Made by a program: the position numbers and the translations under genes | Origin: Nitrospirota bacterium | Lineage (GTDB): Bacteria; Nitrospirota; UBA9217 | Reading direction: 5' to 3' | Length of the DNA stretch: 64,000 nt | NCBI GenBank assembly: GCA_963751455.1 | Contig: CAVVUN010000009.1 | Coordinates: 160,001-224,000, forward strand | Shown here: positions 49,794 to 60,230 of the stretch, in pieces | Numbering within the stretch: position 1 is the stretch's first letter | Layout: each line of letters starts with the position of its first letter | Notes under the pieces: model-generated | Seen by the model: the letters and a program-made list of their open reading frames with translations, nothing else | The model's database searches: none | Told to the model about the DNA's origin: nothing

Positions 49794-50169
49794 ATTATTA
49801 CCCCCTTTTGTTGAATTATGAAATAAATGAACTGCTTTCCCTTTAGAACCGTGATATTTCGTGGATATTTCGTGCTGCGGATCTTCTTTGCCGTTTTTCA
49901 CCTCCTTATTTTGCGGATTTTGGGCTTTTACAATGAACAGTATCTATGTATTAGAATAAACATAAATAAGAGATTGTCAACCTATAAATGCTGGTTTAAA
50001 AGTTAACAAAAATAGCAACTCCATTGAATGAACTCAGGCGGTGAGTAGGGTAATAATAAGATTCGCAGAACGGATGGACCGGCATAATTGAACGGGAACG
50101 AAAATAAAATAATTTCCGGGAATGGAGATTCTCCCCGGCTGTTCAATGCCGGGGATACAGTTTTCACGA

Positions 50170-50364
50170 TTAGCTTACTTTTTTGACTTTGCCGGAGCGA
50201 ATGCACCGCGTGCATGCGCGTACACGCATATGAGCCCCGTTCTGACCTACCGCCCTTACCGATTGGATGTTGGGTTTCGAAACTTTCTTCGTTTTATTGT
50301 TCGCATGACTTACCTGGTTGCCGCTCAGTTTTCCTTTGCCGCAGATTTCACATGTTCCCGCCAC
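50170..50364 (-). CDS. rpmB: 50S ribosomal protein L28
   Basis: CEICGKG...[12 protein letters not shown]...PNIQ...CTRCIRSG. Confidence 0.95.
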   Translation of the reverse strand: MAGTCEICGKGKLSGNQVSHANNKTKKVSKPNIQSVRAVGQNGAHMRVRACTRCIRSGKVKKVS

Positions 50365-50468
50365 GATACGCCTCCGCTCCGGATCAGAATAATTAAAAAA
50401 AGCAGGCGTACAATACCATAAGGATGGAGCCTTTGCAAGCGGAAAAACGCTGATTTACGATAAAAGGC

Positions 50469-50511
50469 TTGACACAGGCAAGAGGGAAGTATAATGTAAG
50501 TGCTTACTTAC
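50469..50511 (+). promoter_or_regulatory. Promoter plus palindromic TetR-type operator
   Basis: TTGACA (50469), TATAAT (50490; 15-nt spacer), followed directly by GTAAGT-GCTT-ACTTAC. Confidence 0.6.
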
Positions 50512-50584
50512 CAGATGGAGCAGGTTCAGCGGGGCATCGCATAATTCAAGTTCGTGAAGGGACACTGTCGGAAACTTTCCACGC

Positions 50585-51181
50585 ATGGCAATCTTGAATA
50601 CAAAAGAACAGTTGTTGAAGGCGACTCTTAAATTGATATCCGAAAAGGGATATCTCCGGGCCACGACCAAAGAGATTGCCCAGGAAGCAGGGGTTACCGA
50701 GATCACCCTCTTCAGGCACTTTGGTTCAAAAGAGCGTCTTTTTGAAGAACTGCTTACCGGTTATACATTCCTTCCTAAACTGAAGGAACTCCTGCCGGAA
50801 CTCGAAGGCCTCCCGACCGATCAAGCCCTTATCGCGATCGCAACACGCTTCCTGTTGACTCTCAAAGACCGCAAGTCAATGATTAAAATAATGTATTCCG
50901 AGGTTACGGTCTATCCCGAGAAGATCAGGCAGATCTATAACAGGTTCCTGGACGAAATGCGGACGACGCTTGCAGGTTACTTCCAGGGGCTGCAGAGCCG
51001 CGGCTTGTTTAGAAAGGATTTACAGCCTCAAATGGCAGCACGCGTTTTTCTCTGGATTCTTTTCTCATATTTCAGATCTGAAGAAATCATGCGGCCCGCT
51101 GGAATGAAAAAAGACGCGATGGAAAAAGACGTGCAGCATATAATTTCTATTTTCATGCACGGAACATTAAACGGCGGATAA
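50585..51181 (+). CDS. TetR/AcrR family regulator
   Basis: ATTKEIAQEAGVTEITLFRHFGSKE. Confidence 0.94.
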   Translation: MAILNTKEQLLKATLKLISEKGYLRATTKEIAQEAGVTEITLFRHFGSKERLFEELLTGYTFLPKLKELLPELEGLPTDQALIAIATRFLLTLKDRKSMIKIMYSEVTVYPEKIRQIYNRFLDEMRTTLAGYFQGLQSRGLFRKDLQPQMAARVFLWILFSYFRSEEIMRPAGMKKDAMEKDVQHIISIFMHGTLNGG

Positions 51182-51260
51182 AAGGCCCGGCTGCTGCAAC
51201 CTTTTCTGTTATGCAGTGTCTAATAGGGGTCTAAGGTACAAGTTCGGAGAGAGGAGTCGT

Positions 51261-52661
51261 ATGCACGGGAATGCCGGATTAAGGAAAAGCCTGATTGCGC
51301 TGTTCCTTCTGTTTTTTGCCGCGGTTCCGCTTCATCTTCAAGCACAGATTCAAGCACAGACATCTGTGGATACTCCTGTGACGGTCATGCCGGAAGCAGC
51401 GAAGGGAAAAGATGACCGGTCAGGTGCCGGCATGATAAGTGCGGGCGAGACCTTGACGCTCGGCAAGTGCGTGGAGATCGCGCTCAAAAAAAATCCAGCC
51501 ATCCTCGCAGCACGCAATTCCGTCGAAGTCAGCAGAAGCAGAGTAGGCGAGGCGCGCGCGGGCTATTACCCCCAGTTGACCGCATCCGCTGCATATAGCA
51601 CGATCAGTTCCAACTCCGGCACTTCATCAACTATTTCCGGGGGGGCCCGGTACGATCAGTATACGACAAGCATCGGTTTAAACCAGAATATCCTCGATTT
51701 CGGAAAGACGTCTTCATCCGTTGATATTTCGAAATTCAATATGGAATCTTCCCGGTCCGATCTCGTTACTGCGGAAGATACCGCGATTCTGAACGTGAAA
51801 CAGTCCTATTACGGCGTTCTGAAGGCAATCAGGACCCGGGATGTTGCGACTGATGTGCTTAAGCGATTTGAATTGCACCTGGATCAGGCGCGGGGTTTTT
51901 ACGAAGTCGGTACAAAGGCCAAAATCGACGTAATCAAGGCGGAGGTCGATTTGAGCAATGCAAAACTGAGCCTGATCAATGCCGAGAACGCTCTCAAGAT
52001 AGCGTGGGTCACGCTGAATAATGCAATGGGAGTTCCGGACGCGCCCGAATACGGGATTGAAGACGAGCTTTCATTCCAGCAGTATTCAATAACCCTGGAC
52101 CAGGCGACGGCGAGGGCATTTGAGAACCGGCCCGACCTCAGATCCATAGTTGCGAGGAGGCAGGCCGCCGAATCGAATATAAGCCTGGCCAGATCAGGCT
52201 ACTATCCGGTTTTGTCGGGAAGCGCCAGCTACAACCGGTCGGAAGTCGATGTCAGTCCGGCCCGGTCCGACGACGGTTGGAATGTCAGAGTCGCTCTGAC
52301 CATTCCTTTATTCAGCGGGTTTTTGACCAGCCATCAGGCAGCAGAGGCAAAATCAGCAGTGTATGTGGTCCGATCGAATGAAGAATCGCTGCGTCAGCAA
52401 ATACTTCTCGAAGTTCGCCAGGCATACTTCAACCTCCAGGCTGCCGAAGCCAGTATATCTACCGCTGAATTGGCTGCTGCCCAGGCCAGGGAAAATCTTG
52501 ATCTTGCGAATGGAAGATATGCCGCAGGAGTGGGGAGCCCGGTCGAGGTTTCAGATGCCTTCGCCACGTATGTTAGCGCCCAGGCAAATCATACGAGCGC
52601 CCTGGCAAACTATAAAATTGCACAAGCGAGCATCGAGAAGGCGATGGGTGGGGGAAGATGA
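51261..52661 (+). CDS. TolC family outer membrane efflux protein
   Basis: IALKKNP, YYPQL, IPLFSG, RYAAGVGS repeats. Confidence 0.92.
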   Translation: MHGNAGLRKSLIALFLLFFAAVPLHLQAQIQAQTSVDTPVTVMPEAAKGKDDRSGAGMISAGETLTLGKCVEIALKKNPAILAARNSVEVSRSRVGEARAGYYPQLTASAAYSTISSNSGTSSTISGGARYDQYTTSIGLNQNILDFGKTSSSVDISKFNMESSRSDLVTAEDTAILNVKQSYYGVLKAIRTRDVATDVLKRFELHLDQARGFYEVGTKAKIDVIKAEVDLSNAKLSLINAENALKIAWVTLNNAMGVPDAPEYGIEDELSFQQYSITLDQATARAFENRPDLRSIVARRQAAESNISLARSGYYPVLSGSASYNRSEVDVSPARSDDGWNVRVALTIPLFSGFLTSHQAAEAKSAVYVVRSNEESLRQQILLEVRQAYFNLQAAEASISTAELAAAQARENLDLANGRYAAGVGSPVEVSDAFATYVSAQANHTSALANYKIAQASIEKAMGGGR

Positions 52662-52716
52662 AGCAAGAGGGCCGGTCTTCCGTCGTCGCTCGTTTTTGTT
52701 TTTGAAAGGATTTAGC

Positions 52717-53868
52717 ATGACTCACATTCCCGGGTATTTTTCGATTCCATTCACAATACTGACCTTCTTGCCGCTGTTTTTTGCCTGTGCAGAGGGAGAT
52801 GCCAAAAAAGGCCCGCGAAGCGTGCCTGTAATGACCCAACCCGCTGAACAGAAAAATATCCCGCTGCAGGTAAGGACAATCGGAAATGTAGAGTCCTACA
52901 ACGCGGTGACCGTCAAGCCCATGGTGGGAGGAGAAGTTGCCGGAGTTTACTTTAAAGAAGGACAGGAAGTTAAAAAGGACGACTTGCTGTTCAAGATAGA
53001 TTCCAGGCCGTACGAAAGCGCCTTGAAGCAGGCCGAGGCCACGCTCGCAAAGAACCTCGCGCAGGCAAGGAATGCCGAAGAACAGGCGAAGCGGTACGCG
53101 ATTTTAGTCCAAAAAGAGTATGTTTCCCGCGATCAGTACGACCAGCTGCGCGCAAACGCTGAGGCGCTGGCAGCTGCGGTGGACGCTGACAAGGCCAATG
53201 TCGAGAACAGCAGGCTTCTGCTTTCTTACTGCACGATAAAATCTCCGATCAACGGAAGGGCCGGCGCGGTTCTTGTCAATGCAGGCAATGTGGTCAAGGC
53301 GAATGACGTCGCGCTCACGATGATTAACCAGATAGTGCCTATTTACGTCACATTTGCCGTTCCCGAGCAGAACCTCTCTGACATCAAGAAATATGCGGCA
53401 CTGCGGGAGCTGAAAGTCGATGCAGTTATCCCGGGCGATGAACAAAAACCAGCCCGCGGTGAGTTGACCTTCATCGATAACGCGGTCGACCGGGCAACGG
53501 GAACGATCAGGCTCAAAGGTACATTCGAGAACCGGGATAAGCGGCTCTGGCCGGGTCAGTTCGTGGACGTTATCCTTACTCTTACGATGGAGCCAAACCG
53601 GGTGGTTGTTCCGTCGCAGGCGGTACAAACCGGCCAGCAGGGCCAGTACGTCTATGTGATCAAGAACGATATGACCGCCGAGCTCCGCATGGTAACACCG
53701 GGGAGAATATATCAGAACGGGACGATTATAGAAAAGGGCGTTGCCGCGGGCGAGAAGGTCGTGACCGACGGACAGCTCCGGCTCACACCCGGTGCCAAGG
53801 TGGAGATTAAAAACGTTCCTTCCAACGAGGGAACAAGCGCCAAACCTCAAGCATTAAATCCCAAATAA
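52717..53868 (+). CDS. RND periplasmic adaptor (MdtA-like)
   Basis: FKEGQEVKKDDLLFKID, IKSPINGR, DNAVDRATGTI, LWPGQFV. Confidence 0.92.
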   Translation: MTHIPGYFSIPFTILTFLPLFFACAEGDAKKGPRSVPVMTQPAEQKNIPLQVRTIGNVESYNAVTVKPMVGGEVAGVYFKEGQEVKKDDLLFKIDSRPYESALKQAEATLAKNLAQARNAEEQAKRYAILVQKEYVSRDQYDQLRANAEALAAAVDADKANVENSRLLLSYCTIKSPINGRAGAVLVNAGNVVKANDVALTMINQIVPIYVTFAVPEQNLSDIKKYAALRELKVDAVIPGDEQKPARGELTFIDNAVDRATGTIRLKGTFENRDKRLWPGQFVDVILTLTMEPNRVVVPSQAVQTGQQGQYVYVIKNDMTAELRMVTPGRIYQNGTIIEKGVAAGEKVVTDGQLRLTPGAKVEIKNVPSNEGTSAKPQALNPK

Positions 53869-53934
53869 GCAACAAAACCAAGTATCGAGTCCCAAACGCT
53901 TGGTCACTGTACTTCAATAATTGGATATTTTTTG

Positions 53935-54106
53935 GTAACTATTCAGCTTCTTTTCAGAACGGCATTAAGACAAATCTGAGAAAAAGCCTTCTATCCGCAG
54001 ATTTCGCAGATGGACGCAGATTTTAATTTAAAACCAGAATTCGGGTTTTGTTTTTATCTGCGAAATCTGCGTAATCTGCGGATAAAGAAATGACCTGAGT
54101 AGTTAC
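53935..54106 (+). mobile_element. MITE family A, copy 3
   Basis: GTAACTATTCAG...CTGAGTAGTTAC; TSD ATTTTTTG (53927-53934 / 54107-54114). Confidence 0.88.
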
Positions 54107-54361
54107 ATTTTTTGTTATTTGGTATTGTAATTTGGAATTTTAACCATGAATATTTCCGAACTATCGATACGCCGTCCCGTCCGCAGATTTCGCAGATGGA
54201 CGCAGATTTTAAAACCAGAATTCGGGTTTTGTTTTTATCTGCGAAATCTGCGTAATCTGCGGATAAAGAAATGACCTGAGTAGTTACATTTTTTGTTATT
54301 TGGTATTGTAATTTGGAATTTTAACCATGAATATTTCCGAACTATCGATACGCCGTCCCGT
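53995..54361. repeat. Tandem duplication (186 bp + 181 bp) covering MITE 3' part and RND start
   Basis: 53995-54180 repeated at 54181-54361, differing by a 5-nt indel. Confidence 0.85.
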
Positions 54362-57300
54362 AATGACGACGCTCGTGATGCTTTCCATCCTCTTCGCGGG
54401 CATCGCCGGGTACCGGCTGCTGCCGGTCTCCGACCTGCCGAACGTGGATTTTCCGACGATCCAGGTGACCGCGAACGTGCCTGGAGCAAGCCCGGAGACC
54501 ATGGCTTCGGCCGTGGCCACGCCTCTCGAAAAGCAGTTCTCGACCATCGCCGGCATTGAATCCATGACCTCGGCCAACGGCAAGGGGAACACCCGGATAA
54601 CGATCGTATTCGACCTCAGCAGAGACATCGATGCCGCGGCCCAGGACGTTCAGTCGGCAATTGCTTCCGCGGCGCGCCAGCTGCCGGAGGACATGCCGAG
54701 CCCGCCGTCGTTCCGCAAGGTAAATCCCGCCGACTCGCCGGTGCTCTACCTTGCTCTCAGTTCTCCCACAATGCCGCTCTCCGCAGTAGACGACTACGCC
54801 CAGACCATTATTTCCCAGCGCATCTCCATGGTGAGCGGTGTGGCCCAGGTTCAGGTATACGGGTCACAGAAATACGCCGTTAGGGTCCAGCTCAATCCCC
54901 GGGCCCTGGCAAGCAGGGGAATCGGTATTGATGAAGTGGCGGGCGCAGTCTCACGCGCGAACGTGAATCTTCCTACAGGCACGCTTGAAGGCGCGAACCA
55001 GGCGTTTACCATTCAGTCAACAGGCCAGCTCCTGGACGCAAAGGCATATCGTTCCGTTATTGTCGCGTACCGCGGCGGAGCGCCCGTGCGGCTCCAGGAA
55101 ATAGGCAACGTGATAGACAGCGTGGAGAACGACAAGGTCGCGGGCTGGTTCAAGGACACCAGGGCGATCATTCTCGCCATCCAGCGCCAGCCGGGCACGA
55201 ACACGGTCGAGGTCGTGGCTTCCATCAAGAAGCTTATTCCGACGTTCCGCCAGCAGATCCCGGCCTCGGTAAACCTCCAGGTCCTGTTCGACCGTTCGGA
55301 ATCCATTCGTAACTCGGTCCATGACGTTCAATTCACCCTGGTCCTGACGGTCTGCCTTGTCGTGCTCGTGATCTTTCTGTTCCTCCGGAACCTTTCCGCT
55401 ACCGTCATCCCGAGCCTGGCGCTCCCCATGTCCGTGGTGGGTACATTCGCAGTCATGTATCTGCTCGACTTCAGCATGGACAATATGTCTCTCCTGGCGC
55501 TCACGCTTTCTGTCGGGTTCGTGGTCGACGACGCCATCGTAATGCTCGAAAATATCATCCGGCATATTGAGATGGGCGAAACCGTCATGGAGGCCGCGCT
55601 CAAGGGATCCAAAGAAATCGGTTTTACCATCCTGTCCATGACTATATCGCTCGTGGCTGTCTTTATCCCGGTGTTTTTCATGGGAGGCATCATGGGGAGG
55701 CTTCTCCATGAATTCGCCGTCACCATCGGCATGTCGATCCTGATCTCGGGTTTTGTCGCCCTGACGCTTATACCCATGCTTACCAGCCGCTTCGTGCGGC
55801 CCCACGGAAATGAACAGCATGGCAAACTGTACCAGGCGTCAGATCGCTTTTTCGCCAACATGCTGCATTTTTATGAACGGACCCTGACCTACGTGCTCGA
55901 GCACCGCCCGGGTACGATGATCGTCTCGGGGGGCGTTCTGCTTGCAACTGCGGTCCTCTTCTGGTACATGCCACAGGGCTTCCTCCCGAGCGAGGACACC
56001 GGACAGATGGCAATTGTAACGGAAACCGCGCAGGGTACCTCGTTTGAATCAATGAAACAGCATCAGCAGGCAGTTGCTGCCATAGTGCTCAAGGACCCGA
56101 ACGTTGATGCCTTTATGTCGAGCGCAGGCTCAGGCGGCGCCAGCTCATCGGGAAATCAGGGACGGCTGTTCGTCCGGCTCAAGCCTCGTTCAGAGCGGAA
56201 GCTGCATGTGGATGAGGTGATACAGCAGCTCAGACCCAAGCTCGCACAGGTCCCCGGGATCATGGCGTTTCCTCAGAACCCTCCTCCGGTGCGCCTGGGC
56301 GGGACTATCACCAAGAGTCTTTACCAGTTTACGCTGCAGAGCCCTGATATCAACGAGCTCTACGAGAATGCGCCCAGGCTTGAGGCCAGGCTGCGCGAAT
56401 TACCGCTGCTTCAGGACGTGACAAGCGACCTGCAGATCAAGAACCCCCAGGTGAACGTGGAGCTCGACCGCGATAAAGCGTCAGCCCTCGGCATTACCGC
56501 GACACAGTTTCAGACAGCGCTCCAGGCCGCGTACAGCAGCCAGCAGATAACGACCATTTACGCGCCGAACAACCAGTATCGGGTCCTGATGGAGCTGGAG
56601 CCGGAGTACCAGCAAGACCCTGCCTCGCTCTCTCTGCTGTATATCCGTTCGTCGGGCAACCAGCTGGTTCCCCTCAGGACCGTGTCAAACCTTTCTCAGA
56701 GCCTGGGCCCTTTGGCGGTTAATCATCTGGGTCAACTCCCCGCAGTGACCCTGTCTTTCAATACGAGGCCGGGCGTTTCCCTGGGAACGGCAGTGGATGC
56801 AGTAAACAAAGCCGCACGGGACACCTTGCCCTCTTCGATTACCACGAGCTTCCAGGGCACGGCCCAGGCATTCCAGTCGTCCATGCAGGGGCTCGGCCTG
56901 CTCCTGCTCGCTGCAACACTGGTGATTTACATCGTGCTCGGCATCCTGTATGAAAGCTTCATTCATCCGCTTACAATTCTTTCTGCGCTGCCCTTTGCAG
57001 GGTTCGGCGCGCTCGTGACGCTGCTGATCTTTGGTTCGGACCTGAATGTCTATGCGTTCGTGGGTGTTATCCTGCTCGTGGGTCTCGTAAAAAAGAACGG
57101 CATCATGATGATCGACTTTGCTCTGGATTCCCAGCGGAGTGAAGGGGCCTCGCCCCGGGACGCAATATTCAAGGCATGCATGATACGGTTTCGTCCGATC
57201 ATGATGACGACGATGGCTGCACTGCTGGGCACGCTTCCGATTGCGCTCGGTTTTGGCGCAGGTGCGGAGTCGCGGCGTCCGCTCGGTCTTGCCGTGGTCG

Positions 57301-57434
57301 GTGGTCTTTTATTTTCACAGACCTTGACGCTCTATGTAACGCCGGTTGTGTATCTGTACATGGACCGGCTCCAGTCCAGGATGGGAAATTTCGAGATTTT
57401 CAAAACACGGAAAAGAGCGGGCTTACATGAATAA
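54327..57434 (+). CDS. RND efflux permease (MdtB/MdtC-like)
   Basis: IRRPVMT, PNVDFPTI, GFVVDDAIVMLENI, KKNGIMMIDFA, RFRPIMMTT. Confidence 0.95.
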   Translation: MNISELSIRRPVMTTLVMLSILFAGIAGYRLLPVSDLPNVDFPTIQVTANVPGASPETMASAVATPLEKQFSTIAGIESMTSANGKGNTRITIVFDLSRDIDAAAQDVQSAIASAARQLPEDMPSPPSFRKVNPADSPVLYLALSSPTMPLSAVDDYAQTIISQRISMVSGVAQVQVYGSQKYAVRVQLNPRALASRGIGIDEVAGAVSRANVNLPTGTLEGANQAFTIQSTGQLLDAKAYRSVIVAYRGGAPVRLQEIGNVIDSVENDKVAGWFKDTRAIILAIQRQPGTNTVEVVASIKKLIPTFRQQIPASVNLQVLFDRSESIRNSVHDVQFTLVLTVCLVVLVIFLFLRNLSATVIPSLALPMSVVGTFAVMYLLDFSMDNMSLLALTLSVGFVVDDAIVMLENIIRHIEMGETVMEAALKGSKEIGFTILSMTISLVAVFIPVFFMGGIMGRLLHEFAVTIGMSILISGFVALTLIPMLTSRFVRPHGNEQHGKLYQASDRFFANMLHFYERTLTYVLEHRPGTMIVSGGVLLATAVLFWYMPQGFLPSEDTGQMAIVTETAQGTSFESMKQHQQAVAAIVLKDPNVDAFMSSAGSGGASSSGNQGRLFVRLKPRSERKLHVDEVIQQLRPKLAQVPGIMAFPQNPPPVRLGGTITKSLYQFTLQSPDINELYENAPRLEARLRELPLLQDVTSDLQIKNPQVNVELDRDKASALGITATQFQTALQAAYSSQQITTIYAPNNQYRVLMELEPEYQQDPASLSLLYIRSSGNQLVPLRTVSNLSQSLGPLAVNHLGQLPAVTLSFNTRPGVSLGTAVDAVNKAARDTLPSSITTSFQGTAQAFQSSMQGLGLLLLAATLVIYIVLGILYESFIHPLTILSALPFAGFGALVTLLIFGSDLNVYAFVGVILLVGLVKKNGIMMIDFALDSQRSEGASPRDAIFKACMIRFRPIMMTTMAALLGTLPIALGFGAGAESRRPLGLAVVGGLLFSQTLTLYVTPVVYLYMDRLQSRMGNFEIFKTRKRAGLHE

Positions 57435-58611
57435 CCGGATGCCGTTAAGCTTCATGAAGATATTTAAACAATGGCGGTTTACAATTCCCGCTGCCGTCGT
57501 ACTTGCGCTGGTACTGTTCTTTGTATTTCGCGGCAACGGCAGCAAACCGGAATACAGGACCGATACGGTAAGCAGGGGAGAGATCCAGCAGACCGTGACC
57601 GCAACGGGAACCGTGAACGCCGTAATGACTGTTCTGGTAGGCACGCAGGTGTCAGGAACGATCAAGAAGCTCTATGTTGACTTCAACTCCAAAGTTAAAA
57701 AGGGGCAGCTCATAGCCCAAATCGACCCGGACATGTTCGAAGCGCAGGCCGAGCAGGCGAGGGCCAACCTCGGAAAAGCCGACGCGCAGATGCGCGACGC
57801 GGAGCGAAGCCTGAAACGGAACCAGGAGCTTTTCAGCCGCAATCTTGTGCCCCGAAGCGATCTGGAAACGGCAGAAACGAATTTCGACAGCGCAAAGGCG
57901 CAATTCCTGCAGGCAAAGGCATCGCTGCGGCTCGCTGAAACCAATCTGCGGTATACCGCGATCATTTCTCCGGTTGACGGCATCGTGATTTCCAGGTCAG
58001 TCGATGTCGGACAAACAGTTGCGGCAAGTTTCCAGACGCCCACGCTTTTTACGATTGCACAGGACATCACGAAGATGCAGATCAACACGAACGTTGCCGA
58101 GTCCGATATCGGGATGGTTAAAGTCGGCCAGGACGTAGAGTTCTCCGTGGACGCCTATCCGGATACCGTCTTTTCAGGCAAGGTCCGTCAGATCAGGCAG
58201 GCGCCGATTACCGTCCAGAACGTGGTCACCTATGACGTTATCATTGACGTGAGTAACCGGGATTTTAAACTGATGCCCGGAATGACTGCGAACGTGTCTG
58301 TCATTATTACCAGAAAGAAGGACGTTGTCAGGATTGCAAACACCGCGCTCAGGTTCAGGATGATGGAACGAGCAGCCGGAAAGATAGAAGGAGCACGCTC
58401 AGAAGCCGGGGAGAAGAAGTGCCCTACGGTCTGGATCCTCGAAAACGGAAAAGCAAAACGCATCGCAATAACTGCCGGCATCAGCGACGGAAATTATACA
58501 GAAGTCGTGTCCGGCGATTTGAAGGAAGGGCAGCAATTGATCGTGGATATGATGCGGAAAAATAAAGCGCCTGCTTCGTCGGGCGCCGGGCGCGGTCCGA
58601 GGATGTTCTAA
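57427..58611 (+). CDS. MacA-like periplasmic adaptor
   Basis: VTATGTV, VGTQVSG, VDFNS, GQTVAASFQTPTLF, LMPGMTA. Confidence 0.92.
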   Translation: MNNRMPLSFMKIFKQWRFTIPAAVVLALVLFFVFRGNGSKPEYRTDTVSRGEIQQTVTATGTVNAVMTVLVGTQVSGTIKKLYVDFNSKVKKGQLIAQIDPDMFEAQAEQARANLGKADAQMRDAERSLKRNQELFSRNLVPRSDLETAETNFDSAKAQFLQAKASLRLAETNLRYTAIISPVDGIVISRSVDVGQTVAASFQTPTLFTIAQDITKMQINTNVAESDIGMVKVGQDVEFSVDAYPDTVFSGKVRQIRQAPITVQNVVTYDVIIDVSNRDFKLMPGMTANVSVIITRKKDVVRIANTALRFRMMERAAGKIEGARSEAGEKKCPTVWILENGKAKRIAITAGISDGNYTEVVSGDLKEGQQLIVDMMRKNKAPASSGAGRGPRMF

Positions 58612-58625
58612 TCCCAGGACATTTT

Positions 58626-58717
58626 CCGCAGATTTCGCAGATTTCGCAGATTTCGCCGAAAAACAACCACATCGCTAAATTTTCATTTTTGCAATTTGCA
58701 CTTTGCATTTTTCAATT
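58626..58717. repeat. 9-mer array followed by heptamer array
   Basis: (CGCAGATTT)x3 then attttca tttttgc aatttgc actttgc attttt. Confidence 0.6.
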
Positions 58718-58753
58718 CCTGCTTAGCCGAGGTTGCGGTAAGTCGGAGGTGTC

Positions 58754-59446
58754 ATGCCCCTCATAGAAGCAAAAAACATCAGCAAGGTATACACGATAGG
58801 GGACATCGATCTGCGGGCCCTTGATTCCATTTCGACGACCATCGACAAAGGCGAGTTTGTTGCGATCATGGGACATTCCGGTTCGGGCAAGTCGACCTTT
58901 ATGAACGTCCTGGGATGCCTCGATACCCCCACAGACGGCCGCTATCTGCTTGACACAGTCGATACGTCCGGGCTTTCCCGCGATGAACTGGCCGAGATCA
59001 GGAATAAAAAACTGGGTTTTGTATTCCAGGGCTTCAACCTCCTTCACCGAACATCAGCCCTTGAGAACGTCGAACTTCCGATGCTCTATAACGGCTTCTC
59101 ACAGGATGAGCGAAGGGAACGGGCGCTCAAAGCGCTCAAGAGTGTCGGGCTTGAGGGAAGGGAAGGCCACCACCCAAACCAGCTCTCCGGCGGCCAGCAG
59201 CAACGCGTTGCAATCGCCCGCGCACTTGTAAACGAAGCCCCGATTATCCTTGCGGACGAACCCACCGGAAATCTCGACAGCAAAACAAGCGATGAGATCA
59301 TGAATCTTTTTGTCAGGCTGAACCAGGAGTCCGGCATTACAGTCATCCTCGTTACGCACGAATCCGATATTGCAGCCTACAGCAGAAGAATCATACGGTT
59401 CCTGGACGGCAGGATTGTGAGTGATGAACCAGTGATACGAAAATGA
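58754..59446 (+). CDS. MacB-like ABC ATP-binding protein
   Basis: [32 protein letters not shown]. Confidence 0.94.
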   Translation: MPLIEAKNISKVYTIGDIDLRALDSISTTIDKGEFVAIMGHSGSGKSTFMNVLGCLDTPTDGRYLLDTVDTSGLSRDELAEIRNKKLGFVFQGFNLLHRTSALENVELPMLYNGFSQDERRERALKALKSVGLEGREGHHPNQLSGGQQQRVAIARALVNEAPIILADEPTGNLDSKTSDEIMNLFVRLNQESGITVILVTHESDIAAYSRRIIRFLDGRIVSDEPVIRK

Positions 59447-59479
59447 ATACGGATTTCTGCAAGGATAGTAAATAATTCC

Positions 59480-60216
59480 CAAGCTAAACCCCCGGCTACG
59501 CCGGGGAGAATAGAAAAAGCTATGCTGTAGTATTTGAAAAAGAAAAGCTCCTTTCCTACAATAAGACCGCTGTTCCGGTGGTCATCGCAGGAAAGGAGCA
59601 AACAGGTGAAAGAAAGTTCAGCACACACAGTCCATGAATGTAAATACCATGTTGTATTTGTACCGAAGCTCCGGAGGAAGGTCATATACGGAAGGCTTCG
59701 ACAGGATGTTGGCCCGATATTGCGTCGGTTGTGCGAATACAAAGGGGTGGGCATTTTGGAAGGGAAAGCCTGTATAGACCACATCCATTTGTGCCTGTCG
59801 ATCCCGCCCAAGTATGCAGTGGCGACCATCGTGGGGTATATAAAGGGAAAAAGCGCGATGATCGTGTTTGAACGGTACAGTAAGCACAAACGGAATTTCA
59901 AAGGTCATAGTTTTTGGGCACGCGGGTACTATGTCAGTACGGTAGGGCTGGACGAAGCGAAGATACGGAAATACATCAAGGATCAGGAAATCAACGAGTC
60001 GATTGTGGACAAGTATGATCGGGATGTGCATGACCCCTTTTAGGGGTGCCCGTAACAGGAGCAATTAGCAGCGACAAATAACGTGACGCGAATGGCTATC
60101 GGAACAGCCAATTGCACCAGGATAAACAGAAAAAGAAGATAACCCCTTAAGGGGTGCAAGTAACACTGCCCCTATGGGGCTTAATCAAGCCACCGGCTAC
60201 GCCGGTGGTCATGACT
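59480..60216 (+). mobile_element. IS200/IS605-family element, tnpA only (ends approximate)
   Basis: Matching subterminal hairpins CCCCGGC-TAC-GCCGGGG (59490-59506) and GCCACCGGC-TAC-GCCGGTGGT (60189-60209). Confidence 0.85.
59606..60043 (+). CDS. tnpA: IS200/IS605 Y1 transposase
   Basis: CKYHVVFVPK, DHIH, IKGKSA, FWARGYYVSTVG, YIKDQ; GTG after AAGGAG. Confidence 0.94.
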   Translation: MKESSAHTVHECKYHVVFVPKLRRKVIYGRLRQDVGPILRRLCEYKGVGILEGKACIDHIHLCLSIPPKYAVATIVGYIKGKSAMIVFERYSKHKRNFKGHSFWARGYYVSTVGLDEAKIRKYIKDQEINESIVDKYDRDVHDPF

Positions 60217-60230
60217 CTGAAAAGAATCGT

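Noticed and set aside
59480-60216. TnpB/IscB RNA-guided nuclease
   Set aside because: No ORF with RuvC or zinc-finger motifs between tnpA and the right end
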